Positions 7,987 to 18,488 are shown, counted from the first letter of the stretch. The stretch: DNA of 64,000 nucleotides from Planctomycetota bacterium (GCA_044222185.1 JBGANV010000002.1:282061-346060); one strand, 5' to 3'. The notes: generated from the letters alone by a model not told the origin. Program-made: numbers and translations.

Positions 7987-10698
7987 ATGGTTTCGACGAC
8001 TCCAGCCCTCCGAATCGCACTCGCCAGCCTCGCGCTCACGACGCTCGCGTCCGCCCAGAAACTGCCGTTCGAGAAGTACAAGCTCGACAACGGAATGACG
8101 GTGATCCTGCACGTGGATCACTCGCTGCCGAACGTCACGATCAACACCTGGTATCGCGTCGGCGCCCGCAACGAACCGCCGGGACGGTCGGGCTTCGCCC
8201 ACCTGTTCGAACACCTCATGTTCATGGGCACGCGGCGCGTGCCTGGCAACGCCTTCGACGTCGTGATGGAGACCGGCGGCGGCTGGAACAACGCGAGCAC
8301 GAATCTCGATCGCACCAACTACTTCTCGTCGGGACCCTCGGACCTCCTGCCGACGCTGCTGTGGCTCGACGCCGATCGCCTCGATGAGATGGGGCGGACG
8401 ATGACCAAGGAGAAGCTCGACAAGCAGGTCGACGTCGTCCGCAACGAGATCAGGGAAAACGTGGAAAACACGCCGTACGGACGGGCCTACGAGGGGTCTT
8501 TCAGCCTCCTGTTTCCCCAGGGCCATCCCTACCACAACGGGGTCTACGGGACGCACGCCGACCTGACCTCGGCCACCGTCCAGGACGTGAAGGACTTCTT
8601 CTCGACGTTCTACGTCCCGTCCAATGCGTCGCTGGTGATCGCCGGCGACTTCGACCCGGCGGAGATCAAGCCGCTGGTGGCGAAGATGTTCGGGACCCTG
8701 CCCGCAGGCGCAGCCCCCACGCCGCGTGCGGTCGCCGACCCCCAAGTCGAGGGCGTCGTCCGCTCGACCATGCTCGACCGGGTGGAAGTCCCACGGCTCG
8801 CCATGTCCTGGATCAGCCCGGGCGGATTCGCGCCGGGAGACGCCGAGCTCATGCTCGCCGGGCAGGTGCTGACCGAGGGCCAGAACAGCCGGCTCTATCA
8901 ACGCCTCGTGCTGCAGGAGCCGCTCGCCGTCTCCGTGTCTGCCGAGCAGGAGAACAGCCGGCTCAATTCCATCTTCCGGCTCTCCGTCGAGGTCAAACCC
9001 GACGCCGACATGGAACGGGTCGAGGCGATCGTCGACGAGGAGATCCGCAAGCTCCAGGAGTCGGGGCCGACCGAAGACGAGCTCCGCCAGCGGCAGGCGA
9101 CAGCGGAGCACGAACTGCTCACGAGCCTTCAGAGCGTGGCGGCCCGGGCCGACAAGCTCAACGAATACGAGTTCTACCTGGGCACTCCGGACGGGCTCGA
9201 AAAGGACCTTTCGCGTTTCCGCGGCGCGACCGCGCAGGGCGTCGCCCAATGGACGAAGCGCGTCCTCGACCTGTCGCATCGCCTGATCATCCGCGTGCTG
9301 CCCGATGCCGTGGAGCCGGGGACGTCAGCCCGCGAGTCGCGCCCCGCCGCGGCCAGGCCTCGCCCGTTCGCTCCGCCGGCGCCGGAGACGTTCAAGCTCC
9401 AGTCGGGGATCACGGTCAACTTCTGGCCCATGCCCGACCTGCCCCTGGTGACGGCGCGGATGACGTTCCTGCCCGGTGGGCCGCTGGATTTGCCCAAGGA
9501 AGCGGGAGCCGCCGTCCTCATGGCAACCATGCTCACCGAGGGTGCCGGCGCGCGCGACTCGGGGGCGTTCTCCGCCGCGCTCCAGCAGCTCGGTGCGACG
9601 ATGTCGGCGCATGCCGATCGCGAGGCCGTGACGGTGGGCCTGTCGTCTCTCGCCCGCAACTTCGACAAGGCAGCCGAGCTTTGGGCCGATGCGGTCCTGC
9701 GACCCCGATTCGCCGAGGACACGTGGAAGGTCGTTCATGCGAACCACGTCCAGGAGCTCGAGCAGGATCGTGAGGAACCCACGACCGTCGCGCTGAAGGT
9801 CGCCACGCGCGCGCTGTACGGCGACGAGAGCCGATGGGCCTGGCCAACGGCCGGGCTCGTCGCGACCGTCGGGCCGCTGACACTGGATCGCATCAAAGCG
9901 CGCCACGCCGAGCTGGTTCACCCGTCACTCGCCACGATCTTCATCTCAGGAAGCCTCACGACGGATGAGCTGAAGCCGATCCTCGAGAAGGCGTTCGGGG
10001 GCTGGACGTCGGCCGCAACGGCCGCCAGTCGTGTGACGGACGATCCCAAGGTGCCGCCGACGCAGCGCATGCTTTTCGTCGACCGGCCGAATGCCGTTCA
10101 AACGGTCATCCGGTTTGCGTCGCGCGCCGTTCCGTTCGCCGACCCGGGGCGAGTTCCCATGCGGCTCTTGAACGTGGCTCTGGGCGGATCGTTCACGAGT
10201 CGCCTGAACCAGAACCTGCGCGAGCGAAACGGGTACACCTACGGCGCTCGTTCGTCCTTCGAATTCAATCGCACGCTCGGTGCGTTCACCGCTGGCGCCG
10301 CCGTGCGCGCCGAGGCCACGGGCGCCGCGCTGAAGGAGTTCCTGGCCGAGTTCGCGAAGATCCGCGCCGGCGATCTGTCGGATGACGAGGTCACGAAGGC
10401 TCGCCGCATGATGAAGACGGAGTTCGTCCAAGGGCTGGATTCCATGGAGGGCCGCCTCGGGTTCGCGTCCGAGCTGCTGAGAGTCGAGGCACCGTGGGCG
10501 ACGATCTCGAAGGACGTGGAGACGTCCGAGTCCGTGACCGCCGCGCAGGTCAACAAGCTCGCGAAGGATGCGCTCGCCCTCGAGCGCGGCGTGCTCGTGC
10601 TCGTCGGCGACAAGAAGCTGATCCTCGAACAGACGAAGGACCTCGGGCTCCCGGCGCCCGTCGAAGTGGATGCCGATGGTGCGCCCGTGAAGCCGTGA
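7987..10698 (+). CDS. Secreted tandem-duplicated M16 (pitrilysin/insulinase) zinc peptidase
   Basis: Signal peptide MVSTTPALRIALASLALTTLASAQ after an AAGGAA ribosome-binding site. Inverted zincin motif HLFEHLMFMGT (HxxEH). The protein is about 900 aa, equal to two M16 units, with the second, inactive-type half starting near aa 460. Confidence 0.8.
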   Translation: MVSTTPALRIALASLALTTLASAQKLPFEKYKLDNGMTVILHVDHSLPNVTINTWYRVGARNEPPGRSGFAHLFEHLMFMGTRRVPGNAFDVVMETGGGWNNASTNLDRTNYFSSGPSDLLPTLLWLDADRLDEMGRTMTKEKLDKQVDVVRNEIRENVENTPYGRAYEGSFSLLFPQGHPYHNGVYGTHADLTSATVQDVKDFFSTFYVPSNASLVIAGDFDPAEIKPLVAKMFGTLPAGAAPTPRAVADPQVEGVVRSTMLDRVEVPRLAMSWISPGGFAPGDAELMLAGQVLTEGQNSRLYQRLVLQEPLAVSVSAEQENSRLNSIFRLSVEVKPDADMERVEAIVDEEIRKLQESGPTEDELRQRQATAEHELLTSLQSVAARADKLNEYEFYLGTPDGLEKDLSRFRGATAQGVAQWTKRVLDLSHRLIIRVLPDAVEPGTSARESRPAAARPRPFAPPAPETFKLQSGITVNFWPMPDLPLVTARMTFLPGGPLDLPKEAGAAVLMATMLTEGAGARDSGAFSAALQQLGATMSAHADREAVTVGLSSLARNFDKAAELWADAVLRPRFAEDTWKVVHANHVQELEQDREEPTTVALKVATRALYGDESRWAWPTAGLVATVGPLTLDRIKARHAELVHPSLATIFISGSLTTDELKPILEKAFGGWTSAATAASRVTDDPKVPPTQRMLFVDRPNAVQTVIRFASRAVPFADPGRVPMRLLNVALGGSFTSRLNQNLRERNGYTYGARSSFEFNRTLGAFTAGAAVRAEATGAALKEFLAEFAKIRAGDLSDDEVTKARRMMKTEFVQGLDSMEGRLGFASELLRVEAPWATISKDVETSESVTAAQVNKLAKDALALERGVLVLVGDKKLILEQTKDLGLPAPVEVDADGAPVKP

Positions 10699-10892
10699 GT
10701 CCGGCGCACACCGCCTCGTGCGGCCACCGGAGCCTCTCGCCTTCAAGGGCCGGTCGGCCGCCGCGCGACGAGAGGCTCGAGCCGACCTGGAGCGAATTCG
10801 AGAGGGGTCGTGATCGGTCGTTGCCGATCCGGCTCGCGGAGTTCGAAGCGGCGTCGGTGTTCGCGCCGATCCCCACCGACTCTCCGCATCAA

Positions 10893-11330
10893 TAGCGGGA
10901 ACGCCAGGCTTCGCCTGGCCGGACGGCAGGGCTCGGCCCTGCCACGGAACGTGGATGTACTACGTTCGCTGCGGGGACACGGCAGCAGGCACGCGTCATC
11001 CGCCGTGCCGCTCGGCTGACCGCGGGGCGACCCTTCCAACGTTCGCGGCGGGGCAGAGCCCCGCCGGTCCGGCCGCGCGGAGCGCGGCGCTCCTGGGCCG
11101 ACCTTGCGCCGTTGGAACGCCAGGCTTCGCCTGGCCGGACGGCAGGGCTCGGCCCTGCCACGGAACGTGGACGTGCTGCGTTCGCTGCGGGGACACGGCA
11201 GCAGGCACGCGTCATCGGCCGTGCCGCTCGGCTGACCGCGGGGCGACCCTCTCGACGTTCGCGGCGGGGCAGAGCCCCGCCGGTCCGGCCGCGCGCAGCG
11301 CGGCGCTCCGGTCTCCGACGGCCCGGCAAC
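10893..11330. repeat. Two tandem copies of a ~220-bp hairpin-rich intergenic repeat that shares modules with the 177-bp family
   Basis: Copy 1 spans 10893-11112 and copy 2 spans 11113-11330, more than 90% identical. Hairpin modules are ccaggcttcgcctgg, ggcagggctcggccctgcc, ggggcagagccccgcc and ggagcgcggcgctcc. The gaacgcc and ggcaggg...ccctgcc modules are shared with the arrays at 140 and 5860. Confidence 0.8.
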
Positions 11331-11487
11331 GATTTTCTGTCAGGAACGCGGGCGCGGTGGGAAGGGGGCCCGGAGGCCGATCCCGCGCGCCGCCTCCGGC
11401 CTCGCGATTCCCGAAGCCAACCACCGCGGGGGAGACACCACCGTGTTCGACCGAAACTCAAACCTGCAACGGCGCGCCGGAAGGGCC

Positions 11488-14400
11488 ATGAGCACCTGGG
11501 CTGGGATGCTGCTGCTCACGGCCGCGATTCAGGCCCAGTTCTCGAACTGCTCGTCCAATTGTCACGTGGTCGGCGGCAACGTCGTCAACGGCGGGGCCGG
11601 ACCGTTCCTCGCAGGCCACGTCTACCTGGTGAATTCGTCCCTCGTGGTGCCGGGTGGCCAAACCCTCACCATCCAGGGCGGCGCCGTCGTGAAGTTCGCC
11701 GGCGTCTTGGACTTCACCATCGGCGGAACGCTGAACGTGACGGGGACCGCTGGGCAACCGGCGATCCTCACGTCCATCGCCGACGACATCGTCGCGGACC
11801 ACAACGGCAACGGGAACGCAACGTTGCCGGCCCCAGGCGATTGGATCGGACTGACCTTCAACGGCGGATCCATAGCGAGCCAGGTCACGGGCCTGAGCGT
11901 TCGCAACGCCGGGTGGAATGGGAACCCGGCCATTCGCTTCAACGCGGCCAGTCCGGCGCTGTCGCAGTGTTCCGTCGTCGCATGTCAGGCGGCGGCCATG
12001 AACCTGAGCAGCAACTCCTCACCCACCGTGACGGGCTGCACGTTCACCGGCGGATCGCGCGTCGCCGTCAACGTGCCGTGGGCCGCAGTCGCCGGCTTCT
12101 CGTCGAACACGGCGAGCGGCCAGTCGGTCTACGACGCCATCGAGGTCGACACGACGCTCGCCAGCGGCACGGTGTCGATCCAGAAGTCGAACACGATCAA
12201 CCAGAGCGGGGCGATCGTGTGCAGTGGCAACGCCACCGTGGCCGGCAGTGCCACGCTCACGCTCGGCCCTGGCGTCGTCACCAAGATCGCCGTCGTCGCG
12301 TCATTCAACGTGTTCGGCACGCTGATCACCAACGGAACCCTGGCTCAGCCGACGGTGATCACGTCGATCGATGACGACACGTTCGGCGGCGACACGAACC
12401 GCAACGCGGGGGCGAGCGCGCCTGCGGCCGGTCAGTTCGTCCAGCTCTACCTGGGTTCGGCGGCGTCGTCGAGCCAGCTCAATTCGCTGCTGGTCCGCTG
12501 CGCCGGCTGGAATGGAAACGCTGCGGTGAAATTCGACCAGTGCAACGCCACGGCGAGCGGCCTTCGCACGCAGCTCTCGGGCGGCCCCTGTGTCGACCTG
12601 AGCAACAACTCGACTCCCACGATGACGGGGTGCGCGTTCGACGGGGGCACCGTCGCCTCGACGAACATCCCCTTCGGAGCGCTCGCGGGTTTCACCGGAT
12701 GCACCGCGTCCGGAAACGCGTCGTACGACGCGCCCATCGTGACGTCGCCAACCCTCGCGACCGGTCAGTCGGCCGTCGTCTCCTCGACGAACGGGTTCAA
12801 CGGAAACGGCGTCATCGTGATTCCCACGACGCTCAGCGTCCAAGCGGGCGCCACGCTCACCTTGAACGCAGGCGTGCGCTTCAAGGTGACCGGCGTCAGC
12901 GGGATCTACGTCGCGGGTCGGCTGCTGACCAACGGCGCCACCAACAACCCGGTGGTCTTCACCTCGATCGCCGACGACACCTACGGCGGTGACACGAACA
13001 AGAATGGGGCGAATTCGGTCGCACAGCCCGGCCAGTGGGTCGAGCTCAGCATCGGCAACAGCGCCGATCTGAGCGTGATGCAGGGCCTCCTCGTCCGGTG
13101 CGCCGGCTGGAACGGCAACCCGTCCGTGCGCTTCGACCAGTCGACGGCCTCCGCGACCGGGCTGCGCACGCAGTTGTCCGGTGGGCCATGCGTCGACTTG
13201 AGCAACAACTCGCGCCCGACGCTCACCAACTGTGCGTTCGACGGCGGCACCGTCGCGGCCACCAACGTCCGCTTCGCAGATCTCTCTGCGTTCACCGGCT
13301 GCTCGGCGACGGGCAACGCGTCCTACGATGCGCCGCTGATCACCACGCCGTCGACGGCTGCGGGCGAATCTTCGACCGTCCTCGCGTCCTACGGGTTCAA
13401 CAACACCGGCGTCTTCGTGATCCCGACGACGCTGAGCGTCGTGGCGAACAGTTCGCTGACGCTCGGTCCGGGCGTCCGGTTCAAGGTGACGGGCGTCACG
13501 GGGATCTACGTCACCGGAACACTCGTCACGAACGGCACGGACGGCGACCCCGTCACCCTGACCTCCATCACCGACGACACGATCGGCGGTGACACGAACA
13601 AGGACGGCGCGGCGTCCACGGGGCAACCGGGACAATGGGTCGAGCTGAACTTCGGCGCCGGATCGAGCGCGTCGATCGTGACCGGGCTTTCCATCCGATG
13701 CTCCGGCTGGAACGGCAATCCGTCGATCCGCTGCAGCCAGGCCAACCCGACGTTCACGAAGGTGCGGACGGCCCTGTCGGCCGGCCCGTGCATCGATCTC
13801 AGCAACAACTCGGTGCCTCTCGCCCGTTTCTGCCGCTTCGACGGTGGAACCCTCGCCGCCACGAACGTGCCGTTCACTTCGTTCGCCGGGTTCAAGCAAT
13901 GCACGGCGACGGGCAACTCGCAGGCGAATGCGCCGCGCGTCACCAATCCGACCGTCGCCAGCGGCTCGACTGCGGTCGTGCGTGCCATCAACACGTTCAA
14001 CGGCAGCGGGGCGATTCACGTGCCAGGCACGATGACCGTCGCCGCCGGTGGCACGTTGGACCTGGGACCCGGCGTCGTGATCAAGATCGAGAACGTCGCC
14101 TCGGTCAACCTCTACGGCACGGCGCTCTGGCGCGGCACGGGACACGACCCGGTCGTCTTCACCTCCGTGAACGACGACACGTGGGGCGGCGACTCCAACG
14201 TCAACGGGCCCTCCGTCGGAACGAACGGCCAGTGGGTCCAGCTCTACGTCGACCCGTCGGCGACGGGCGAGCTGAAGCACGTCCGCTTGGCGTGTGGCGG
14301 ATGGAATGGCAACCCGGCCGTGGTCGCGCGCTCGGCGAACGTGACGTTCGATGCGGACCGCGTGGAGCGGTCGGGAGGCAACGGCTTCCAGATCGAGTCG

Positions 14401-15168
14401 TGCGCCGGATCCACCCTGGACAACATGGTCGCGTGGAACTGCGTCGGCACCGGCATCCGCGTCGACGGCGCGAAGACGCTCCGTCACGCGACGGCCGCCA
14501 GCTGCGGAACCGGCATCAGCAGCAACGGATCGGGCACCGGTCCGGGTCTCGCCATCAACTCGATCGCCGCCAACAACTCGACGAACTTCGCCGGCTTCGC
14601 CGCCAACGCGGTGACGTACAGCAACGGATTCGGGAGCGGAACGGGCAACGTGTCGGGTTCTCCGGCGTTCGTCAACGTCGCCGCGGGCGACCTGAACCTC
14701 ACGTCGGCATCGCCCTGCGTCGACACGGCGGACGTCGCCACGGCCTTCGCACTCGTCTTCGACCACGACGAAGGCTCGCGGCTCTCCGACGGTCGCCTGA
14801 TCGGCTCGCCGCTGCCGGACATGGGCGCGTACGAGCTCGCCGCCTATCACCTCGACGTTTCGGGCCATGCCTGGAGCTTCGAGACGATGACGGCCACGGT
14901 CGTCGGACCTCCGGGTTCGGCGGCGCTCGCCATCGGCCCCGGCGGGACGGCGGTTCCGTACGTGCCGTACGGCTTCCTCGTGCTCGGACCGCTGAACACG
15001 CTCACGGTGATCGGGATCATCCCGACGAACACGCCGTTCGTGTACACGCTGCCCGATGAATCGGCGAACGTCGGCACGACGTTCAGCTTCCAGGCCCTCG
15101 GCGTCCCGGCGACGAGCGCGACGCTCGGCGCCTTCACGAACGTCTACCGCGGCGTTCTGGACGGCTGA
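11488..15168 (+). CDS. Large secreted protein built from 5 tandem ~200-aa units, beta-helix-like, with possible Ca-binding DDTxGGDTNxNG loops
   Basis: Signal peptide MSTWAGMLLLTAAIQAQ. The block ...TSIxDDTxGGDTNxNG...PGQWVxL...LxVRCAGWNGNPxVRF... recurs at nt 11767, 12361, 12961, 13561 and 14164 (period 594-603 bp). The composition is Gly/Thr/Asn/Val-rich, typical of parallel beta-helix proteins. Confidence 0.6.
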   Translation: MSTWAGMLLLTAAIQAQFSNCSSNCHVVGGNVVNGGAGPFLAGHVYLVNSSLVVPGGQTLTIQGGAVVKFAGVLDFTIGGTLNVTGTAGQPAILTSIADDIVADHNGNGNATLPAPGDWIGLTFNGGSIASQVTGLSVRNAGWNGNPAIRFNAASPALSQCSVVACQAAAMNLSSNSSPTVTGCTFTGGSRVAVNVPWAAVAGFSSNTASGQSVYDAIEVDTTLASGTVSIQKSNTINQSGAIVCSGNATVAGSATLTLGPGVVTKIAVVASFNVFGTLITNGTLAQPTVITSIDDDTFGGDTNRNAGASAPAAGQFVQLYLGSAASSSQLNSLLVRCAGWNGNAAVKFDQCNATASGLRTQLSGGPCVDLSNNSTPTMTGCAFDGGTVASTNIPFGALAGFTGCTASGNASYDAPIVTSPTLATGQSAVVSSTNGFNGNGVIVIPTTLSVQAGATLTLNAGVRFKVTGVSGIYVAGRLLTNGATNNPVVFTSIADDTYGGDTNKNGANSVAQPGQWVELSIGNSADLSVMQGLLVRCAGWNGNPSVRFDQSTASATGLRTQLSGGPCVDLSNNSRPTLTNCAFDGGTVAATNVRFADLSAFTGCSATGNASYDAPLITTPSTAAGESSTVLASYGFNNTGVFVIPTTLSVVANSSLTLGPGVRFKVTGVTGIYVTGTLVTNGTDGDPVTLTSITDDTIGGDTNKDGAASTGQPGQWVELNFGAGSSASIVTGLSIRCSGWNGNPSIRCSQANPTFTKVRTALSAGPCIDLSNNSVPLARFCRFDGGTLAATNVPFTSFAGFKQCTATGNSQANAPRVTNPTVASGSTAVVRAINTFNGSGAIHVPGTMTVAAGGTLDLGPGVVIKIENVASVNLYGTALWRGTGHDPVVFTSVNDDTWGGDSNVNGPSVGTNGQWVQLYVDPSATGELKHVRLACGGWNGNPAVVARSANVTFDADRVERSGGNGFQIESCAGSTLDNMVAWNCVGTGIRVDGAKTLRHATAASCGTGISSNGSGTGPGLAINSIAANNSTNFAGFAANAVTYSNGFGSGTGNVSGSPAFVNVAAGDLNLTSASPCVDTADVATAFALVFDHDEGSRLSDGRLIGSPLPDMGAYELAAYHLDVSGHAWSFETMTATVVGPPGSAALAIGPGGTAVPYVPYGFLVLGPLNTLTVIGIIPTNTPFVYTLPDESANVGTTFSFQALGVPATSATLGAFTNVYRGVLDG

Positions 15169-15286
15169 TCCCACCAGGCCACGTCCCTTCGCGACTCGCT
15201 CGACGACTCCTGCTCGTGGACGCCTGGAACGGCGCGCCGACGTGCGGGTTTCGCCGAGCGGGTTCGCGACGGGTACTCTGTGTCGG

Positions 15287-17788
15287 ATGATCGAAATGGA
15301 CCGCACACACTCGCCCGATACGCCGAGCTCGTGGTTCGAGGACGACGCGACCTTCGCGGCCGTCGTCCGCGAGGCTCTGCGCGACGACTCGCCGACGCCC
15401 GGCGTACCAGGATGCAGCGAGCTGCGAGAGATCGGGCGCGGCGGTCAGGGCGTCGTCTACGCCGCGGTCCAGACGGCCACGCGGCGCCGAGTCGCCATCA
15501 AGGTGCTGACGGACGCGCCCGGCCGAACGCGCAGCGCGCGCATGCGGTTCGAGCGCGAACTCGAGCTCGTGGCGTCGCTGCACGATCCGCGGCTCGTCCA
15601 GATCTTCGACGGCGGCACGACGGACGACGGGCGTCCCTTCGTCGTCATGGAACTCGTCGACGGCGTCCGCATCGACGAGAGCCCACTCGTCCTGGCCGCC
15701 CGGGCGAGCGGCTTCGCGCGCCCCGCGGCGGATCCCGTGGTGTCGCTGTTCGCCGACGTGTGCGAGGGCCTCGATCACGCGCACCGGCGTGGCGTGATCC
15801 ATCGAGACCTGAAGCCATCGAACATCTTCGTCGACCCGACGGGGACTCCCCGCGTCCTCGACTTCGGACTCGCCAAGGCCGCCGGCCTGGCGGGCGAAGG
15901 ATTCGCCACGACGACCGGCGCGCGGTTCGTCGGCTCGCTTCCGTGGACGAGCCCCGAACAGGCCGGGGGCCGGCTCGACGCCGTGGACGTCCGCTCGGAC
16001 GTCTATGCACTCGGCGCCACGCTCTACAACCTCGTGACGGGTCGCCCGCCGTGCCCGACGGACCTGGATCTGCGGCGCGCGCTCGACGCCGTCATCCACG
16101 ATTCGCCGACTGCGCCCGCGCGACTCGACCCGCGATGCGATCGCGATCTCGAGGCCGTGATCCTGCGCGCGCTCGAGAAGGACCCGGACAAGCGCTACCC
16201 CACGGCCGGCGAGATGGGTCGCGACTTGCGTCGGATCCTCGCGGGCGAGCCCCTCGATGCGCGGCGGGACAACGCGTGGCGGACTCTCGTCAAGCTCGCG
16301 AAGCGCCGCCGCCGCCTCGCCATCGGCGCCTCGATCCTCGCCGTCGCCGCCGTCGCGGTGTTCATCACCACGTGGTCGCTGTGGCGACGTGCCGTCTCCG
16401 AGTCGAGGCGCGCCGAAGATTCGCTCGCGTTCTTCCTCGACGCCATCGGATCCGTCGACCCGGCGCGCGATGGCGCCGACGCCAAGCTCGCGGATGCACT
16501 CGATCGGGTCTCGGCCGATCTCGATCGGCGGCTCGGCGACGATGAACGGGATGCGAAACTCAAGTTCCGGATCAGACTGCGGGATCTCTACATTCGCCTC
16601 GCGCGCTACGACCGAGCGCTCGCCGAGGCGGAGGCCGTGGTGGCGCTTCAGCGCGGCGTCGAGCACGCGCCGGGGTCGGCCGAGTCCCGCTCGTACTGGA
16701 ACGGCGAGGTCCAACGCGGCCTCATCCTCCACAACCTTCGACGGGATCGGGATGCGCTGCCCGTCTACAAGGCGAGCTACGAGGGACTGCGCGCTGGGTT
16801 CGGCGACGCCGACGGCGACGCGCTCGGGGCGCTCGCGGGCATGGGCCAGGTGCTGAAGGGCCTGGGGCAGTTCGACGACGCAGAGCGGGCGCTCCGCGAA
16901 GTGATGAGGTTCACCGATGGCCAGTTGCAGACCGAGCGGCAGTCCCTGTCGCGGGCGCTGGCCGCGGACAACCTGTCGGCGATCGCCGGCATGTTCGGGC
17001 GCTTCGACGAGGCCGAGCAGCATCAGCGCGAGACGCTCCGCCTGTTCACTCTCGTGCAAGGCGAGATGGGGCCGGATGCGCTCGGTGCCGAGTCGAACCT
17101 CGGGAGCCTTCTCGCAAACATGCAGCGCTACGCGGACGCCGAGCGCGTGCTCGCGTCCACCGTCACGAAGATGAAGCAGCGGTTCGGTGCGCGCCACCCG
17201 ATGACGCTCACGACGATCCACAGTCTGGGCGTCGCACTCTCGGGCGCCGGTCGGCTCCCGGAGGCGGACACCGTGCTGCGCGAGGCGTACGAGGGGCGCG
17301 TCGCCGCTCTCGGCGCCGATGCGAGCGACACGTTGTCGACGCTCAACGAGCTGGCTCTGAGCGCCGAACGGGGCGGCAAGCTGGACGAAGCCGAGCGATT
17401 GCTTCAGTTGCGGCTCGAGAGTGGACGCAGGGTGATGCGGACGCAGCCGCTGGACGGGTTGAGCGCGCTGTCCGATCTCGGGTGGTTCCTCTGCCTCCGC
17501 GGCCGCCCTGGCGACGCGCGTCCGCTCTTCGAAGAGCTGTGCACCACGGCCGCGGGGATCCTTCCTCCGGGCCATTGGCTGAACGCCGACTACTCGGCGA
17601 ACTACGCACGCTGCCTCACCGATCTCGAGCAATTCGATCAGGCCGCGGAACGACTGAAGGCGGCGCACGCCGCGCTTTCAGAGAAGCTGGGACCGAACGA
17701 CGGGCGGACGACGCGGATCTCCAAGTTGATCGACCGCAACGCGCGACGTCGCACTGAAGCGGCCACGCGGCCATCCTCGCGTCCCTGA
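15287..17788 (+). CDS. Hanks-type Ser/Thr protein kinase with one TM segment and a C-terminal TPR domain
   Basis: LREIGRGGQGVVYAAV...VAIKVL (Gly loop and catalytic Lys), HRDLKPSNIF and DFGLAK. TM helix LAIGASILAVAAVAVFITTW, followed by about 450 aa of TPR-like helical repeats. The start was taken at ATG 15287 (alternative 15296); the ORF-track extension to 15056 overlaps the upstream gene and is Arg-rich. Confidence 0.75.
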   Translation: MIEMDRTHSPDTPSSWFEDDATFAAVVREALRDDSPTPGVPGCSELREIGRGGQGVVYAAVQTATRRRVAIKVLTDAPGRTRSARMRFERELELVASLHDPRLVQIFDGGTTDDGRPFVVMELVDGVRIDESPLVLAARASGFARPAADPVVSLFADVCEGLDHAHRRGVIHRDLKPSNIFVDPTGTPRVLDFGLAKAAGLAGEGFATTTGARFVGSLPWTSPEQAGGRLDAVDVRSDVYALGATLYNLVTGRPPCPTDLDLRRALDAVIHDSPTAPARLDPRCDRDLEAVILRALEKDPDKRYPTAGEMGRDLRRILAGEPLDARRDNAWRTLVKLAKRRRRLAIGASILAVAAVAVFITTWSLWRRAVSESRRAEDSLAFFLDAIGSVDPARDGADAKLADALDRVSADLDRRLGDDERDAKLKFRIRLRDLYIRLARYDRALAEAEAVVALQRGVEHAPGSAESRSYWNGEVQRGLILHNLRRDRDALPVYKASYEGLRAGFGDADGDALGALAGMGQVLKGLGQFDDAERALREVMRFTDGQLQTERQSLSRALAADNLSAIAGMFGRFDEAEQHQRETLRLFTLVQGEMGPDALGAESNLGSLLANMQRYADAERVLASTVTKMKQRFGARHPMTLTTIHSLGVALSGAGRLPEADTVLREAYEGRVAALGADASDTLSTLNELALSAERGGKLDEAERLLQLRLESGRRVMRTQPLDGLSALSDLGWFLCLRGRPGDARPLFEELCTTAAGILPPGHWLNADYSANYARCLTDLEQFDQAAERLKAAHAALSEKLGPNDGRTTRISKLIDRNARRRTEAATRPSSRP

Positions 17789-17852
17789 TGCGCGAGGCCC
17801 CTGCAGCCTAAGCTCCCAGCTCAGGTCGATTCGCGACGCTTCCCGTCAGGCG

Positions 17853-18488
17853 TTGGTTTTGGCCCGGAGCACGCCCGCCCGGTACTCTTCTGGCGTGCCT
17901 CTGGACGTCTCCACACATGCCAGTCTGCTCGCCAAGCTTCGCGAGACGGGCGACGCCTCCGCCTGGCGTGAGTTCGACGATCGCTACCGCGAGCTGGTTT
18001 TTTCGTTCGCTCGCCGCCGCGGATTCCAACCGGCCGACGCCGACGACGTCGCGCAAGAGACGTTGTCGATCGTGCTTCGCGCGATCGGCCGGTTCGAGTA
18101 CGACCCGAACAAGGGTCGCTTCCGAGGATGGCTCAAGACGACGGCGCTGCACGTGATGATGAAGCACGCTCGTCCCGGCGTCGATGCGCTCGATCGCGCC
18201 CGCGACGGGACCTCGGTCGTCGGTGAAACTCCGTCCGATGCCGACGCCGATGCAGCCTGGGAAGTCGAGTGGCGCCGTTATCACATCCGCGTCGCCACGG
18301 CGAAGGTCCGCGGCGAGTTCAACGGCAAGGACTTCATGGCGTTCGAACGCTGCACGGTCGGGGGCGAGTCGGCGTCCGACGTGGCGACGGCGCTCGGCCT
18401 CTCCGTCGATTCGATCTACCAGGCCAAGTCCCGAATCCTCCGCCGCCTTCGCGAGCACGTGGAGTCGCAGGTCGCGGAAGAAGGTTGA
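17853..18488 (+). CDS. ECF (sigma-70 family group IV) RNA polymerase sigma factor
   Basis: Region 2 stretch FDDRYRELVFSFARRRGFQPADADDVAQETLSIVLRAIGRFEYDP...FRGWLKTTALHVM. Region 4 HTH stretch VGGESASDVATALGLSVDSIYQAKSRILRRLRE. It lies immediately downstream of the Ser/Thr kinase and no anti-sigma factor follows. Confidence 0.7.
   Translation: MVLARSTPARYSSGVPLDVSTHASLLAKLRETGDASAWREFDDRYRELVFSFARRRGFQPADADDVAQETLSIVLRAIGRFEYDPNKGRFRGWLKTTALHVMMKHARPGVDALDRARDGTSVVGETPSDADADAAWEVEWRRYHIRVATAKVRGEFNGKDFMAFERCTVGGESASDVATALGLSVDSIYQAKSRILRRLREHVESQVAEEG

Noticed and set aside
10733-10782. Possible intrinsic terminator hairpin (gcctctcg...cgagaggc) after the M16 peptidase gene
   Set aside because: The stem is only 8 bp, the loop is about 34 nt, and there is no U-tract. 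This is not convincing on its own in a genome where GC-rich inverted repeats are everywhere.
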